A stretch of DNA of 63,935 nucleotides, counting the filler, from Octopus bimaculoides (Eukaryota): assembly GCF_001194135.2 (NCBI RefSeq). It is 4 parts of 4 records of this genome, joined end to end, with 100 filler letters (N's around TTAATTAATTAA, not from the genome) between each part and the next. Parts side by side here need not be neighbours in the genome. Positions count along the whole stretch, not along the records: positions 1 to 27,833 come from NC_068995.1; positions 27,934 to 46,722 come from NC_068982.1; 2 more parts are not named here. The stretch is one strand, 5' to 3'. Under the pieces are notes generated by a model that did no database searches, had not been told where the DNA came from, and worked only from the letters and a program-made list of their open reading frames with translations. The translations under genes were made by a program, and so were the position numbers. Of this stretch, positions 26,833 through 39,081 are shown piece after piece. Each line of letters starts with the position of its first letter. Positions within the stretch are counted from its first letter, which is position 1.

Positions 26833-27792
26833 NNNNNNNNNNNNNNNNNNNNNNNNNNNNNNNNNNNNNNNNNNNNNNNNNNNNNNNNNNNNNNNNNNNN
26901 NNNNNNNNNNNNNNNNNNNNNNNNNNNNNNNNNNNNNNNNNNNNNNNNNNNNNNNNNNNNNNNNNNNNNNNNNNNNNNNNNNNNNNNNNNNNNNNNNNNN
27001 NNNNNNNNNNNNNNNNNNNNNNNNNNNNNNNNNNNNNNNNNNNNNNNNNNNNNNNNNNNNNNNNNNNNNNNNNNNNNNNNNNNNNNNNNNNNNNNNNNNN
27101 NNNNNNNNNNNNNNNNNNNNNNNNNNNNNNNNNNNNNNNNNNNNNNNNNNNNNNNNNNNNNNNNNNNNNNNNNNNNNNNNNNNNNNNNNNNNNNNNNNNN
27201 NNNNNNNNNNNNNNNNNNNNNNNNNNNNNNNNNNNNNNNNNNNNNNNNNNNNNNNNNNNNNNNNNNNNNNNNNNNNNNNNNNNNNNNNNNNNNNNNNNNN
27301 NNNNNNNNNNNNNNNNNNNNNNNNNNNNNNNNNNNNNNNNNNNNNNNNNNNNNNNNNNTATACATACACAAGCGCGCACACGTGCGCAGAAACTCACTCA
27401 CACACGCACTCACACACACGACTCCAACTGAGAAAGACCTATATTTTCTTTACGATCTTATTACACACAAGCTTTAACCATTAAAATTGGATATCGAGAT
27501 TTCACGATATTTATAAAAACTATGCCTTTGTATGGGCATGCCTACGTGTGCGAGGTAGTATACATACATACATACATACATACATACATACATACATACA
27601 TACATACATACATACATACATTCATACATACATGCATATATACATGTGTATTTGTGTTAATGTGTATCTATATGTGTGTGTTTGTGTAAGCAATTATTCT
27701 GATGTCCTTGAAAAACCATGAATGTCATTCAATTTTATGCCATAACTTATAAAACATTTGGCCTTGGACCGAGAAAATCAGTATATATATAC

Positions 27793-27833
<41 letters not shown>

Positions 27834-27877
27834 NNNNNNNNNNNNNNNNNNNNNNNNNNNNNNNNNNNNNNNNNNNN

Positions 27878-27889
27878 TTAATTAATTAA
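27878..27889. other. Artificial scaffold linker TTAATTAATTAA inside an N run
   Basis: The identical 12-mer sits between N blocks here, at 46767-46778 and at 62564-62575. Confidence 0.9.
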
Positions 27890-28299
27890 NNNNNNNNNNN
27901 NNNNNNNNNNNNNNNNNNNNNNNNNNNNNNNNNAGGAAGGGACAGAAGGGTATAGCAGTGAAGTAGAGGCCAGGACAGAGGTATAGATAGAAAGATGGAG
28001 GAAGACAGATAGATAAATAGATAGAAAGATAGATAGATAGATAGACAGATAGATAGATAGATAGATAGAAAGATAGTCACGTCAGAATAATAGTAGACTT
28101 ACTTGCAAAATAGGACGTGTGCGTTCAATAATGTAATAATACAAAGAATATATATACATGTATACACACATATATGTACATACTTACATGTACATGTGTA
28201 TATACATGCATATCAGGGTACAGGACGTTAGAACAATAAACTACAGACAACGGAACGAACACATAGGAAAACGGAAAGCCCCTTGGAATATCCCTTACG

Positions 28300-28461
28300 A
28301 CAGGCTTCTTTCACTTTCCGCCTAACAGATCCACTCAAAAGGCTTTGGTTGGCTCGAGGCTATAGTAGGATACACTTACTCAAGGTGCCACGCAGTAAGA
28401 CTGAATCCGGAACCTTGTGGTTGGGAAGCAAGCTTCTTACCACACAGCCATGCCTGCGCCT
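28300..28461 (-). mobile_element. SINE family A, 5' half
   Basis: Reverse complement of the head and body. Confidence 0.85.
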
Positions 28462-29064
28462 ATATATATATATATATNNNNNNNNNNNNNNNNNNNNNNN
28501 NNNNNNNNNNNNNNNNNNNNNNNNNNNNNNNNNNNNNNNNNNNNNNNNNNNNNNNNNNNNNNNNNNNNNNNNNNNNNNNNNNNNNNNNNNNNNNNNNNNN
28601 NNNNNNNNNNNNNNNNNNNNNNNNNNNNNNNNNNNNNNNNNNNNNNNNNNNNNNNNNNNNNNNNNNNNNNNNNNNNNNNNNNNNNNNNNNNNNNNNNNNN
28701 NNNNNNNNNNNNNNNNNNNNNNNNNNNNNNNNNNNNNNNNNNNNNNNNNNNNNNNNNNNNNNNNNNNNNNNNNNNNNNNNNNNNNNNNNNNNNNNNNNNN
28801 NNNNNNNNNNNNNNNNNNNNNNNNNNNNNNNNNNNNNNNNNNNNNNNNNNNNNNNNNNNNNNNNNNNNNNNNNNNNNNNNNNNNNNNNNNNNNNNNNNNN
28901 NNNNNNNNNNNNNNNNNNNNNNNNNNNNNNNNNNNNNNNNNNNNNNNNNNNNNNNNNNNNNNNNNNNNNNNNNNNNNNNNNNNNNNNNNNNNNNNNNNNN
29001 NNNNNNNNNNNNNNNNNNNNNNNNNNNNNNNNNNNNNNNNNNNNNNNNNNNNNNNNNNNNNNNN

Positions 29065-29096
<32 letters not shown>

Positions 29097-29654
29097 AATG
29101 TATATGTATGTATGTATGTATGTTAAACAAATGTGTGCTTGCCTGGTATTAAAGTAGATCGGTTGAATGGTGCATTTATTAATATATTAAGATTCAGAAT
29201 TTGACATCTTTATAGCTCGAGGCTCTTGCCGATCGAAGGCAATCATCGAATGGGCATTCTTTTCTTTTTGTTTTTTTGATCCTTAGAGTATAATGACTTT
29301 TTCATATACTAACCAATGTGTTTGCGCTAGATTCTGTAGCACGATAATTCTAAATCAAATAGTTTTGTTATATGCTGGTAAATCAGTCGAACAACTTGTG
29401 ACAAAGCAATAAAGCTATTCGCTTATGTAACATTCTTACAAAAGACAACCATGAACGTAAGCAAAATAATATGCCTATTGGGGAAATAAGAAAAACAAAA
29501 ACAAAAAAATATCATTCATGCTTTCCTCATATTTCTATAGCAAAGCTTTGAAACAAAGGTGATAGAACAATGATTAATTTTTTTATATACAAATTACATA
29601 CACTCTCAACTGTAAAGAGAAATAGAACATAAAATAGTACTTAGTTCAACTCAC

Positions 29655-29715
29655 CATACAGTAGCAACAAAAATAACAAGAAACTCCGTAATTTTAATCA
29701 AGGGATACTTTCTAC
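29655..29715 (-). CDS. Candidate 61-nt exon (xRKYPLIKITEFLVIFVATV), hydrophobic segment
   Basis: Acceptor aatattttctatttag, donor ATG|GTGAGT; only one of three frames is open. Confidence 0.4.
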
Positions 29716-30654
29716 CTAAATAGAAAATATTACAGGCGTTGAGGGAACCTTTACTTTGTTGCTTTACTAGCTTGTAATAACAACCAAATATAAAAATTAT
29801 ATTAAAAAAATGAACAGTTATATTGGATAAAGTAGTCTTAAATATGCTCTGCGATGGTCTGAAATGGAAATATTTGGTCATAATGCTTCTCCGTCAGAGC
29901 TTTTTCTGGGATTAAAAAATAACGACTTGCTTCAATATATTTAACAGAAATTACGCGATGATTAGCCACAACTGGTTGCTATCACAGGAAGCATCATACA
30001 AAACAAAACTACAAGATGTAATGCCAGACATTGAAGGCTGACACCGCACAGGGATCGTTGTAGTTATCGTCACTGTTTACAATTTTGTTCCAGTTGCTAT
30101 CAAATTTGGTATATGGATTGTTTTGTATGATAATTATGAAAATGAAATTCATTTTCCCTATAAATTCATAATTAAAAAGTTATTAGCCTTAAAAATTTGC
30201 AAAATTTGGGTATTTTAGTGCTGTTTTCTGGTTGGCTGAAAATTCTGAAAATTTTCAATCTTTGAACACCTCTAGCATTTTCGCAAAACTTTTCTAGAAT
30301 AAATTTGAATTCAGCATCAAAAATTACTTCTATATGATACATTAAGAAATTGTTTTAAAGATTTCGACATGCAGTGACGATAACCACAAAGATACCCACA
30401 TACAGTTAAATTAGATCTAAGGACCTCTTATTGGAATGGTCTACGAATGAACAGTGGGAGAATCTGTCATTCCCTTTTCATAGAGGTAAAAATGGCGACC
30501 TGTGTCTGATAGAAAAAAAAAAAAAAAAAGGAAGTGATAGTTACTGGTGTGGCTGTGGTAAGAAGCTTGCTTCCCAACCACATGCTCTTAACCACTCAGC
30601 CATGCCTGCATACAGAAAATTAAGCACCAATACAAAACAAGTTTTTGTTTTTTT

Positions 30655-31262
30655 TCGGCGAGCAGACAGAATCGTTAGCGCGCAAGGAGAAATGAATGCT
30701 GAGCGGTATTTCGTCCGTCTTCATGTTCAAATTCCGCCGAGGTCGACTTTGCCTTTCATCCTTTCGGAGTCGATAAAATAAATACCANNNNNNNNNNCTC
30801 CACCTAATTTCAGGCCTTGTGCCTATAGTAGAAAGGATTACTCTTTTACTCTTTTACTTGTTTCAGTCATTAGATTGTGGCCATGCTGGAGCACCGCTTT
30901 TAGTCGAGCAAATCGACCCCCAGGACTTATTCGTAGGAGTGGCTGTGTGGTAAGTAGCTTGCTTACCAACCACATGGCTCTGAGTTCAGTCCCACTGTTT
31001 GGCACCTTGGGCAAGTGTCTTCTACTATAGCCTCGGGCCGACCAAAGCCTTGTGAGTGGATTTGGTTGACGGAAACTGAAAGAAGCCCGTCGTATATATG
31101 TATATGTATGTATGTACGTGTGTGTGTATATATTTGTGTGTCTGTGTTTGTCCCCCCAACATCGCTTGACAACCGATGCTGGTGTGTTAACGTCCCCGTA
31201 ACTTAGCGGTTCGGCAAAAGAGACCGATAGAATAAGTACTAGGCTTACAAAGAATAAGTCCT
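30655..31262 (+). mobile_element. Composite SINE cluster: family B (+, 30655-30840), family A tail (-, 30842-30931), near-complete family A (+, 30934-31262)
   Basis: Each part matches other copies in the window; CpGs are largely intact. Confidence 0.88.
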
Positions 31263-32197
31263 GGAGCTCATCACATTATTGGGTTTAATTCCATCTCTCC
31301 GAAAGAGGTGACGGGAAAGCAAGTTGTTCCTTGGACTTTTAGCCTAGGTGTCCAGCATTTCTTATTCGGCCACATCCGTCTCCAGAGTTTAACCATTTTT
31401 TAAAAGCACCATACCACTTTGAGTATCGCATGCAACAGGCCAACTACACTGAGTTGACAACCACCGTGGAGGTAGTAAATAAGACCACCGAGCCAACCCG
31501 ATAAACCTCTCTCTTGTACCACCGACTACAGCACCACCTCTTTCACCCGGCAACTAATTTCGGCCACCCGCTCAAACATCTACCCGACCACCCCACTTTT
31601 CGCAACAGCCCGTCTGCTTCCCATGCACCTAGCATGCAGCGGCGTCCAATCTGCTAAATGTTGAATGTCAAGTGATTGAAGAAAACATGTAACACGGTTG
31701 TCTGATATGTTGTGCTTTAGCACGCGCGCGCGCGCACACACACACACATACACACACACACACACACGAACGCACATACACACACACACACACACACTCG
31801 GACGCACGCACACGAACACACTCGCACATACACGCACACTCACACATGCAAGCATAAACGGATGTAAAATATATTCACGCATATACGCATATATCCACCG
31901 TAAAATTTCCAAACATCAAGAATACACACACCCGAAATATATACACAAGCTGACATATAAACACATGCTTGCACACAAACATATGGGACAAGTAAATATG
32001 CGCTCCTGTTCGTATGTGTGTGCGTGTATGTCTATTCGCTAACATGCATGCATATGTATACACTCATGCACAAAGATATGCAACTTATATATAAGCAGAA
32101 ATCACACATAAATGTTATGCACAGAGATGTGCACATCAAGATATACACATGGACAAATTTAGATTCATATAATTTTCAGATACATAAATATGCATAC

Positions 32198-32236
32198 ATA
32201 GAGAGAGGCGCATGAACGTGAAACCGAAGAAGCCAT
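32198..32236 (-). CDS. Candidate first coding exon MASSVSRSCASLY
   Basis: AAAATGGC start context directly after ACTTCCGG; open 39 nt; donor GTATGC at 32192-32197. Confidence 0.5.
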
Positions 32237-32290
32237 TTTAGTCGCACTTAACCGGAAGTAGATATTACAGTTGAACTAAACCGGAAAATG
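32232..32290 (-). promoter_or_regulatory. Promoter-like cluster: YY1-type AAAATGGC plus two ETS-type CCGGAA sites
   Basis: GCCATTTT 32232-32239, ACCGGAAGT 32251-32259, ACCGGAAAA 32280-32288, in unique sequence. Confidence 0.55.
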
Positions 32291-32597
32291 CCTTTGTAAT
32301 TGTAGTAAACTGTTGGCGAACAATGTATTTTGAGTCAGAACAATAGTAACAATGGCATACAACAATAAATCACAGCAGCAACTACAATTACAACGACCAA
32401 AACATGAGATAGCAGGGAACTGTTACGTTGTTGCTCGACTTGTTCGAAATAGTAACTAAATGAAGGACATTGTTGCCTTAAAGATATTTAAGTTGGCATT
32501 GTATAAATGCAGTATGTCTGCTAAGTACAAGACAAGATGGTAACAGCGGGAAGTCTTTTGATCGTAGCTCGACTAGAGCAGACATGGGGGGAGGGCG

Positions 32598-32628
<31 letters not shown>

Positions 32629-33261
32629 GAGCAGCAGCAGCTACAACAACAACAATAACAACAACTGTAACAATAAGGTGAACGAAAATGAATACCAGTA
32701 ACAATTATAACGAAAAGATCTTAAACCATCAGCGAAAATAAAATATCTTAGTCACCAGCAGCAGTAGCAATAGCAACAACAACAGCAACGCCAACAATAA
32801 CAATAATAATTAAATGAGGAGACATCTTCGTGACCACTTGACGTGCTTGGAATAGCAGCCAAATTTCTCTCAGATCAATTTCTACCATTAAAAAAAAAAA
32901 AGATAGACATATTGGATAATGAAGCTATACGCAATATCTGTAATATAAGTACGTAAATATTAATGACCTGTAGAGGCACGGTATATCGTTATGCAACCAT
33001 AATATACTAAAAAAGATATTGAACGTTTTTATAAGCCAATACCGTGTTCTACTGTGTTAGCAGTGCTATTACATCACATGTTAAAATCTATAGAGATAAT
33101 CTTTACAACTGAAAAATAAGATGAAATGGTAATGGCCGGAATGCTTTGATCATAAGTTTTCTGGATCAGAGTTGATTAAAAGCTAAACAACAATAGCAAA
33201 AGTGAGAAAGCTAAAAAATAACAGCAGATATTGAGAAGGATGAAAGGTCCTTCCGAAACCA

Positions 33262-33487
33262 AAGGCTCACGAGGTCGGTTTCCCGGATTCTGTGGCGTAT
33301 ATATCCCCCCACTGAACAGGATATCGGTCCGTCGCAGGTTTATTGATTTTTGCCAGATGAGTGGACAGGAGTAACGTGAAATGAAGCGTTTTGCTCAAGA
33401 ATACAGCGCCTCACCCATTCCAGGAATCGAAACCACAATCTTACAATCATAAGTGCAACACCTTATCCATTAAACTACACGCCTCCA
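33262..33487 (-). mobile_element. tRNA-headed CORE-like SINE (variant tail)
   Basis: The minus-strand head GTAAGATTGTGGTTTCGATTCCTGGA is the same head that is triplicated at 3645-3937. Confidence 0.75.
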
Positions 33488-33599
33488 CAGTAATTAACAG
33501 TAATCATCAGTAATTCTAATAAGTCTAAGCTCCATTTGGATTCCGCTTGGGTACGAAAGGTTGCTCAATTGGGTGTTGTGGCATGTGATAATAATTAAG

Positions 33600-34200
33600 T
33601 TGTTAATGTAAGAAGAATAAATTAAATGAGGGATAAATATGTTTTGTTTGCGTATTTGTCAGAAAGAGCACCATCAGAATATGTCGCGATAGTACGATTT
33701 GACAGGAAGCCATTGATCCGAGAGACGAGGCGCAGAGAGTGGCCATAAGCAGAAGGTTTTGATAGGAGGTTCACAACAAACTCGGTTGAAAACTTTACTG
33801 ATGTCGAAGGCAACAACACTGCTTCCATTGTATTTCTCTCCACAGATGAGTGGTCATAAGAAGGCATTAGAAGTGAGTTCTTCTTCAAAGGAATTGAAAA
33901 CTGAAAGCTGGGTGACTGAGACTACACTCTTAAGCATTTTCATTAACATCCACACACAGCTTCAACAACAATACGTAATTGTTTGTTTTCTGTTCCAGAC
34001 CTATTATTTCTAAATTTAGCTGGTTCTGATGGAAAATTATACCAATACTGTTTGTGTTAGTATGTACACTCTTCATCAATAATATATTTCATATTTTTTC
34101 GGTGTATTTCTTCCTAAGGCTACCATTGTATATAATCGTATATGAAGGTAATATCTTGACGTTTTTGGCCAGCTGCCTTTTACGTATGTAATATCTGATG
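33600..34200 (-). mobile_element. Decayed CR1/Jockey-group LINE reverse transcriptase fragment
   Basis: Minus translation GSSVVAFDISKVFNRV (LDISKAFDRV motif), then LLSKPSAYG...RINGFLSNRTIATYSDGALS. Frameshifted. Confidence 0.8.
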
Positions 34201-34223
34201 CAGATTTGTGCCTTTTATCCAAC

Positions 34224-34536
34224 AGGTCGACTTTGCCTTTCATCCTTTCGGAGTCGATAAAATAAATACCATTGAGTACTGGAGTAGATATAATCGACTA
34301 TCCTCCTCCACCTAATTTCAGGCCTTGAGCCTATAGTAGAAAGGATTACTCTTTTACTCTTTTACTTGTTTCAGTCATTAGATTGTGGCCATGCTGGAGC
34401 ACTGCCTTTAGTCGAGCAAATCGACCCCAGGACTTATTCGTAGGAGTGGCTGTGTGGTAAGTAGCTTGCTTACCAACCACATGGCTCCGGGTTCAGTCCC
34501 ACTGTTTGGCACCTTGGGCAAGTGTCTTCTACTATA
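34224..34536 (+). repeat. Second copy of the composite SINE junction at 30740-31029
   Basis: Same B(+)/A-tail(-)/A-head(+) junction sequence, with about 7 differences. Confidence 0.85.
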
Positions 34537-36094
34537 CTTTTGGATTGAGAAGCTATAACTTTCAAAGTATGACATCAAATAACAGTTACAAGTCCAAGAC
34601 ATGTGACACATCATCTCGATATTGGAACTATCTTGAAGTTTCTGGGAAACATCCATACATAACTTTTGTTTGTAAACAGGATACTGTTTGTTTCCCCTCT
34701 TCGTCTTTGTTAGCCTTTTTACTGCAGAAATCAGATATAATCCACTCAAAATTACCCTTAATTGCATAAATATTTTATATCCACTCGAAACGTTATTACC
34801 CTTAACTGCAGAAAGCAGTTTTACATACCAATCTGTCTTTTGTTGGGGAATGTCTTGTTTGAAACTATTCTTGTCGAAATATTTCAAGTTTATTAAAGTA
34901 ACGTAATTTGCAGAAAATATTTTTCTATTTTTGGTCGATATTTAACATCAATACTGTGAAAAAAAAAACATGAAATTTAATTTCACAGTTAAAGGGTCAA
35001 GGTATATCTACCAAGCAGTTTTGTTTTCGCATATAACATGATCATGAACTGGGTATTTATTTAAAATTTCACTTTTCACTCATACGGCGTTGCCCACTTC
35101 CTAGCACTTAGATGAGGAATTTTATTTTCGTTGTTGCTGTTTAGCAGGCACTTTCTGCATGATACAATTCAACATTCAAAACATTTTCAACAGATCTAAG
35201 GAATCTTCCCCTGCTCTTTCGTCTGTCGATATTATTTCGTCGGAATCTTCAAGTCGATACTAGGATCTTACAGGTTTTAATATCAATGGAACTGATTACT
35301 TCAAGAGTTCAGTCAAAGATAAATATGATGACAGCACTAGCATTGAACAATGTATTGAGTTGTAAGAAGAAATATCCGGCTGCCAAATTATGTGAAGTTA
35401 TGTAGAGTACTCTTTGAGCAATCTTTGATCACGGCACTTTTTATATGATAGATTTTCTTAAATATGAATGTATGGTGTATTATTAGAATCGCTTGAACGT
35501 GTGACAAAATGCTTTGCGGTGTTTATTCCGTCCTTTGTCGTTCAAATTTACATTTCATCCTTCCGAAGTCGATAAAATAAAGTTAAAGTCAAGTATTAAA
35601 CCATGAACTGAGGTCAACTTAATTGACTGACACTGGTGTTTATCAGGAATCTTCAAGCAAGAGACTGCGGCCGAGAATACCGAACGAATTTTTTTAGTGT
35701 TGTTGCTTGCTTTTTAAGAGTAGATGAACATGCAAACCCTCGTATTGTTAGATTTGATGATATTGTGTCCCGTTCAACTCAGCAGTAAAAATGCTTGTAT
35801 GTTCTTCATTGTTTTTAATTATTTAAATTTTTCTTATGAAGAAGGAGCTGGATTCTAGCACAGATACAGAACTCCATCTTTGGAATGAAGATAACGAAAA
35901 CAATGTTACATTTTAAACTTGAGAAAAGTCTTGCATGGTTTTACTGTTCGGCTTACAGATTGCATTTGTAATGTGCGACTCAGTAAGTTAATTTCTTTTT
36001 TTTGAAAATCCAAGATTATCAAGGCTGACAGTTTGGCATTTACTTATAAAACCAAGTATACCAATTATTATTGGTGTATATGTATGTCATTATT

Positions 36095-36613
36095 CAGTGT
36101 TATTTCAAGATTTCTCGCCGGTAGAGAAAGAGCACGTTTCTAACCTAGATCCAAGACTCCGTCATTGGAATTTCAACACCTCCAACAGGGTATTTTTGTA
36201 TGTATATTTGTATTTATATGTGCAGATTTGTATGTTTTGCTTTATGTATGTATTCTCATGCATATTGTTGCATATCTAGACATGTTCATATATACTTGAA
36301 TGATAAACTTCTAGAAAGTTTTACAGATTTTTACAGTTCCAGTAATGGCTTGGATCTGTAGTCTTCGAATTAGCATTTTCCTTTTTGGTTTTGAGAAGCC
36401 TAATTTCTGAAGATTGGTATTTAGGCAGTGTATTACATATCCCAGTGCCCCAATAATTACAGGTATAAACGTGAATTTGTAACCTGGATAGAGTAACTGC
36501 AGATTTCTCAACAGTTCAGCATAGGTATTCTCTTTTTCATTAATCTTTAGTTTTATGTTAACATCCGCTGGGCAGCTAATTGTATTCAGTTTTATTTCAA
36601 AATTTCTTGCCAT
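36095..36613 (-). mobile_element. Dong/R4-like LINE 3' end: RLE C-terminus plus 3' UTR
   Basis: ORF 36311-36613 ISCPADVNIKLKINEKENTYAELLRNLQLLYPGYKFTFIPVIIGALGYV (E...K...KY-type RLE segment), followed by a UTR ending GGATCTAGGTTAGAAAC...GAAATAACACTGAATAAT. Confidence 0.88.
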
Positions 36614-36659
36614 TAAAGAGAGAGAGAGAGAGAGAGAGAGAAAAAAGAGAGAGAGAGAG

Positions 36660-36720
36660 AGCCGGTTTCTAACCTAGATCCATGGTTCCTTCATTGGAAT
36701 TTCAACATCAACAACAGGGT
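36660..36720 (-). mobile_element. Second 3' terminal segment of the same Dong/R4-like family
   Basis: TTTCTAACCTAGATCCA...TCATTGGAATTTCAACA..CAACAGGGTAT matches 36136-36192. Confidence 0.8.
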
Positions 36721-37341
36721 ATGTATGTATGTATGTATGTATGTATGTATGTATGTATGTATGTATATGTGCATGTAAGTATTTATGTTTGTATCTTTGT
36801 GTGTATATATATATATATANNNNNNNNNNNNNNNNNNNNNNNNNNNNNNNNNNNNNNNNNNNNNNNNNNNNNNNNNNNNNNNNNNNNNNNNNNNNNNNNN
36901 NNNNNNNNNNNNNNNNNNNNNNNNNNNNNNNNNNNNNNNNNNNNNNNNNNNNNNNNNNNNNNNNNNNNNNNNNNNNNNNNNNNNNNNNNNNNNNNNNNNN
37001 NNNNNNNNNNNNNNNNNNNNNNNNNNNNNNNNNNNNNNNNNNNNNNNNNNNNNNNNNNNNNNNNNNNNNNNNNNNNNNNNNNNNNNNNNNNNNNNNNNNN
37101 NNNNNNNNNNNNNNNNNNNNNNNNNNNNNNNNNNNNNNNNNNNNNNNNNNNNNNNNNNNNNNNNNNNNNNNNNNNNNNNNNNNNNNNNNNNNNNNNNNNN
37201 NNNNNNNNNNNNNNNNNNNNNNNNNNNNNNNNNNNNNNNNNNNNNNNNNNNNNNNNNNNNNNNNNNNNNNNNNNNNNNNNNNNNNNNNNNNNNNNNNNNN
37301 NNNNNNNNNNNNNNNNNNNNNNNNNNNNNNNNNNNNNNNNN

Positions 37342-37387
<46 letters not shown>

Positions 37388-37528
37388 GTGTGTGTATGTG
37401 TGTATGTGCACGTGATTTGTTAGCATTTCAGTTGTATTTACCCTTTATCATCATAGTTTGGTGTGGTTGAAAAGAAAATAAGAATCCAACTTCAGAATCA
37501 ATCATACTTGTTTGTCTTCAAACCTTAG

Positions 37529-37548
37529 GCTGTAGTAGTAAAGGCCAG
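37529..37548 (+). CDS. Candidate 20-nt micro-exon
   Basis: Acceptor tttgtcttcaaaccttag, donor CAG|GTAAGC. Confidence 0.25.
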
Positions 37549-37919
37549 GTAAGCTGGCTGTCTGGTAGGTTCGTAGGTAGGTCGTTAGCTCTGTAGATAG
37601 TTTGGTAGATAGACAGATAGGTAGGTAAGTAGGTGGGAAGGTTGGTAGATATGTATGTAGGAAGCTAGGAATCTGGGGACTCAGGGAGGAAAGTATATCG
37701 ATAGAATGTTCTCTATTGAGTTGAGATTTTTTCGGACACTCCATCATAACCGTCTCTTTATAAGTTCTGGTCTCCTGACTAATAAAAGGTTATCAACGTC
37801 CCCGTCAGTATCATCATCATCATCATCATCATCATCATGGTCATTGCTAACATAGCCACAAATCATTAGCTTCTTTAATAGTACCTGTACCAAACCCACC
37901 TATGCCGATACCAGGATCA

Positions 37920-38354
37920 CCTTCCTCCTCCACTTCCTCTCCCTCTAATTCCTCCTCCTCTCCCCCCACTTCCCCTTCCACTTCCTCTCCCACTTCCTCC
38001 TAGTCTTTTTCCTCTTAGTCTTTTTCCTTCTCCTCCTCCTCCTAGCCTTCTTTCTTCTCTTCTCCTTAGTCCTCCTCTTCTTCCTCCTCCTCCTATTCCT
38101 CTTCTGTCTTCTCCTCTTTCTCCTCTTAGTCTTCCTCCTCCTCTTACTATTCCCCTTCTGTCTCCTCCTCTTTCCCCTCTTAGTCTTCCTCCTCCTTTTC
38201 TTCTTCCTCTTCCACCTCATCTTCCCCATCCTCTTCATCCTTTCCCTCCTCCTCCTAGTCTTCCTCCTCTTCCTAGTTTTCCTCTTCCTCCTAGCCTTTC
38301 TTCTTCTCCTCCTCCTCATAGTCTTTCTCCTCCTCCTCCTCCTCCTCCTCCCCC

Positions 38355-38419
<65 letters not shown>

Positions 38420-38430
38420 CCATCACCACC
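37920..38430 (+). repeat. Polypyrimidine (CCT/CTT) tract followed by (CAT)n
   Basis: Directly visible; source of the R/K-rich minus-strand ORF. Confidence 0.92.
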
Positions 38431-38979
38431 ATCATCTTCATTGTTACCGTCATGACTAGAATGACAAACCATAATCCAAACCATACGTCACATGTACCAC
38501 CAAAACCGAAGTCGCTGCAACTACCGAAACTAGCACCACCACCACCACCACCACCACTATAATAAACAAATACAAACACCCTTACGAACAGCACCAGCGG
38601 CGGCGGCGGCGGCGGCGGCGGTGGCATTGCTACAACTGTCACAGTGATAAGCGATCCTACAAATCGAATAACTACAAGAGCAATCAACTGATTAGCAAAC
38701 TAACAGACATAAAACCTGAGTGAACACCATTTATGCATTTCACTAGACAGCATACAACGTTATTTTTCCTACCTATGTAATCATTCCTGGTCCTGCTGCG
38801 AATTTTGTTTCGGGCAACAGGTCACGTGATCAAGAACTTGACTATTGCAATTCCGTTTCTTTTTAGACTCCTTTCAGGCTTATTATAATCGAATTTATAT
38901 ACACATGACTGAAGTTGATTTAGTTTTGCATTACACCAACAAACATGAACTATCTCGTTAAGATCTATATGAAATGACA

Positions 38980-39081
<102 letters not shown>

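Noticed and set aside
20054-30497. Single YY1-like AAGATGGCG / AAAATGGCG motifs at 20054-20068 and 30489-30497
   Set aside because: The motif also occurs inside LINE relics (for example near 12895 and 39640), and there are no accompanying promoter elements.
31262-31640. GC-richer unique block, possibly another L1/Tx1-like 3' end on the minus strand (VKEVVL, FKKW)
   Set aside because: Similarity to the 44.3-44.8 kb element is too fragmentary to call without an alignment.
34408-34906. Overlapping 159-aa, 87-aa and 72-aa ORFs
   Set aside because: They are partly SINE-derived, the region has an internal short duplication (ATCCACTC...TTACCCTTAA.TGCA), and no domain is recognisable.
35271-35784. 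Two plus-strand exon-like segments (GFNINGTDYFKSSVKDKYDDSTSIEQCIEL; VDEHANPRIVRFDDIVSRSTQ)
   Set aside because: Phase-compatible with each other but not with the next candidates, with one weak acceptor and one weak donor; insufficient support.
37945-38687. R/K-rich and Pro/Gly-rich ORFs
   Set aside because: Translations of (CCT)n, (CAT)n, (CAC)n and (GGC)n tracts.
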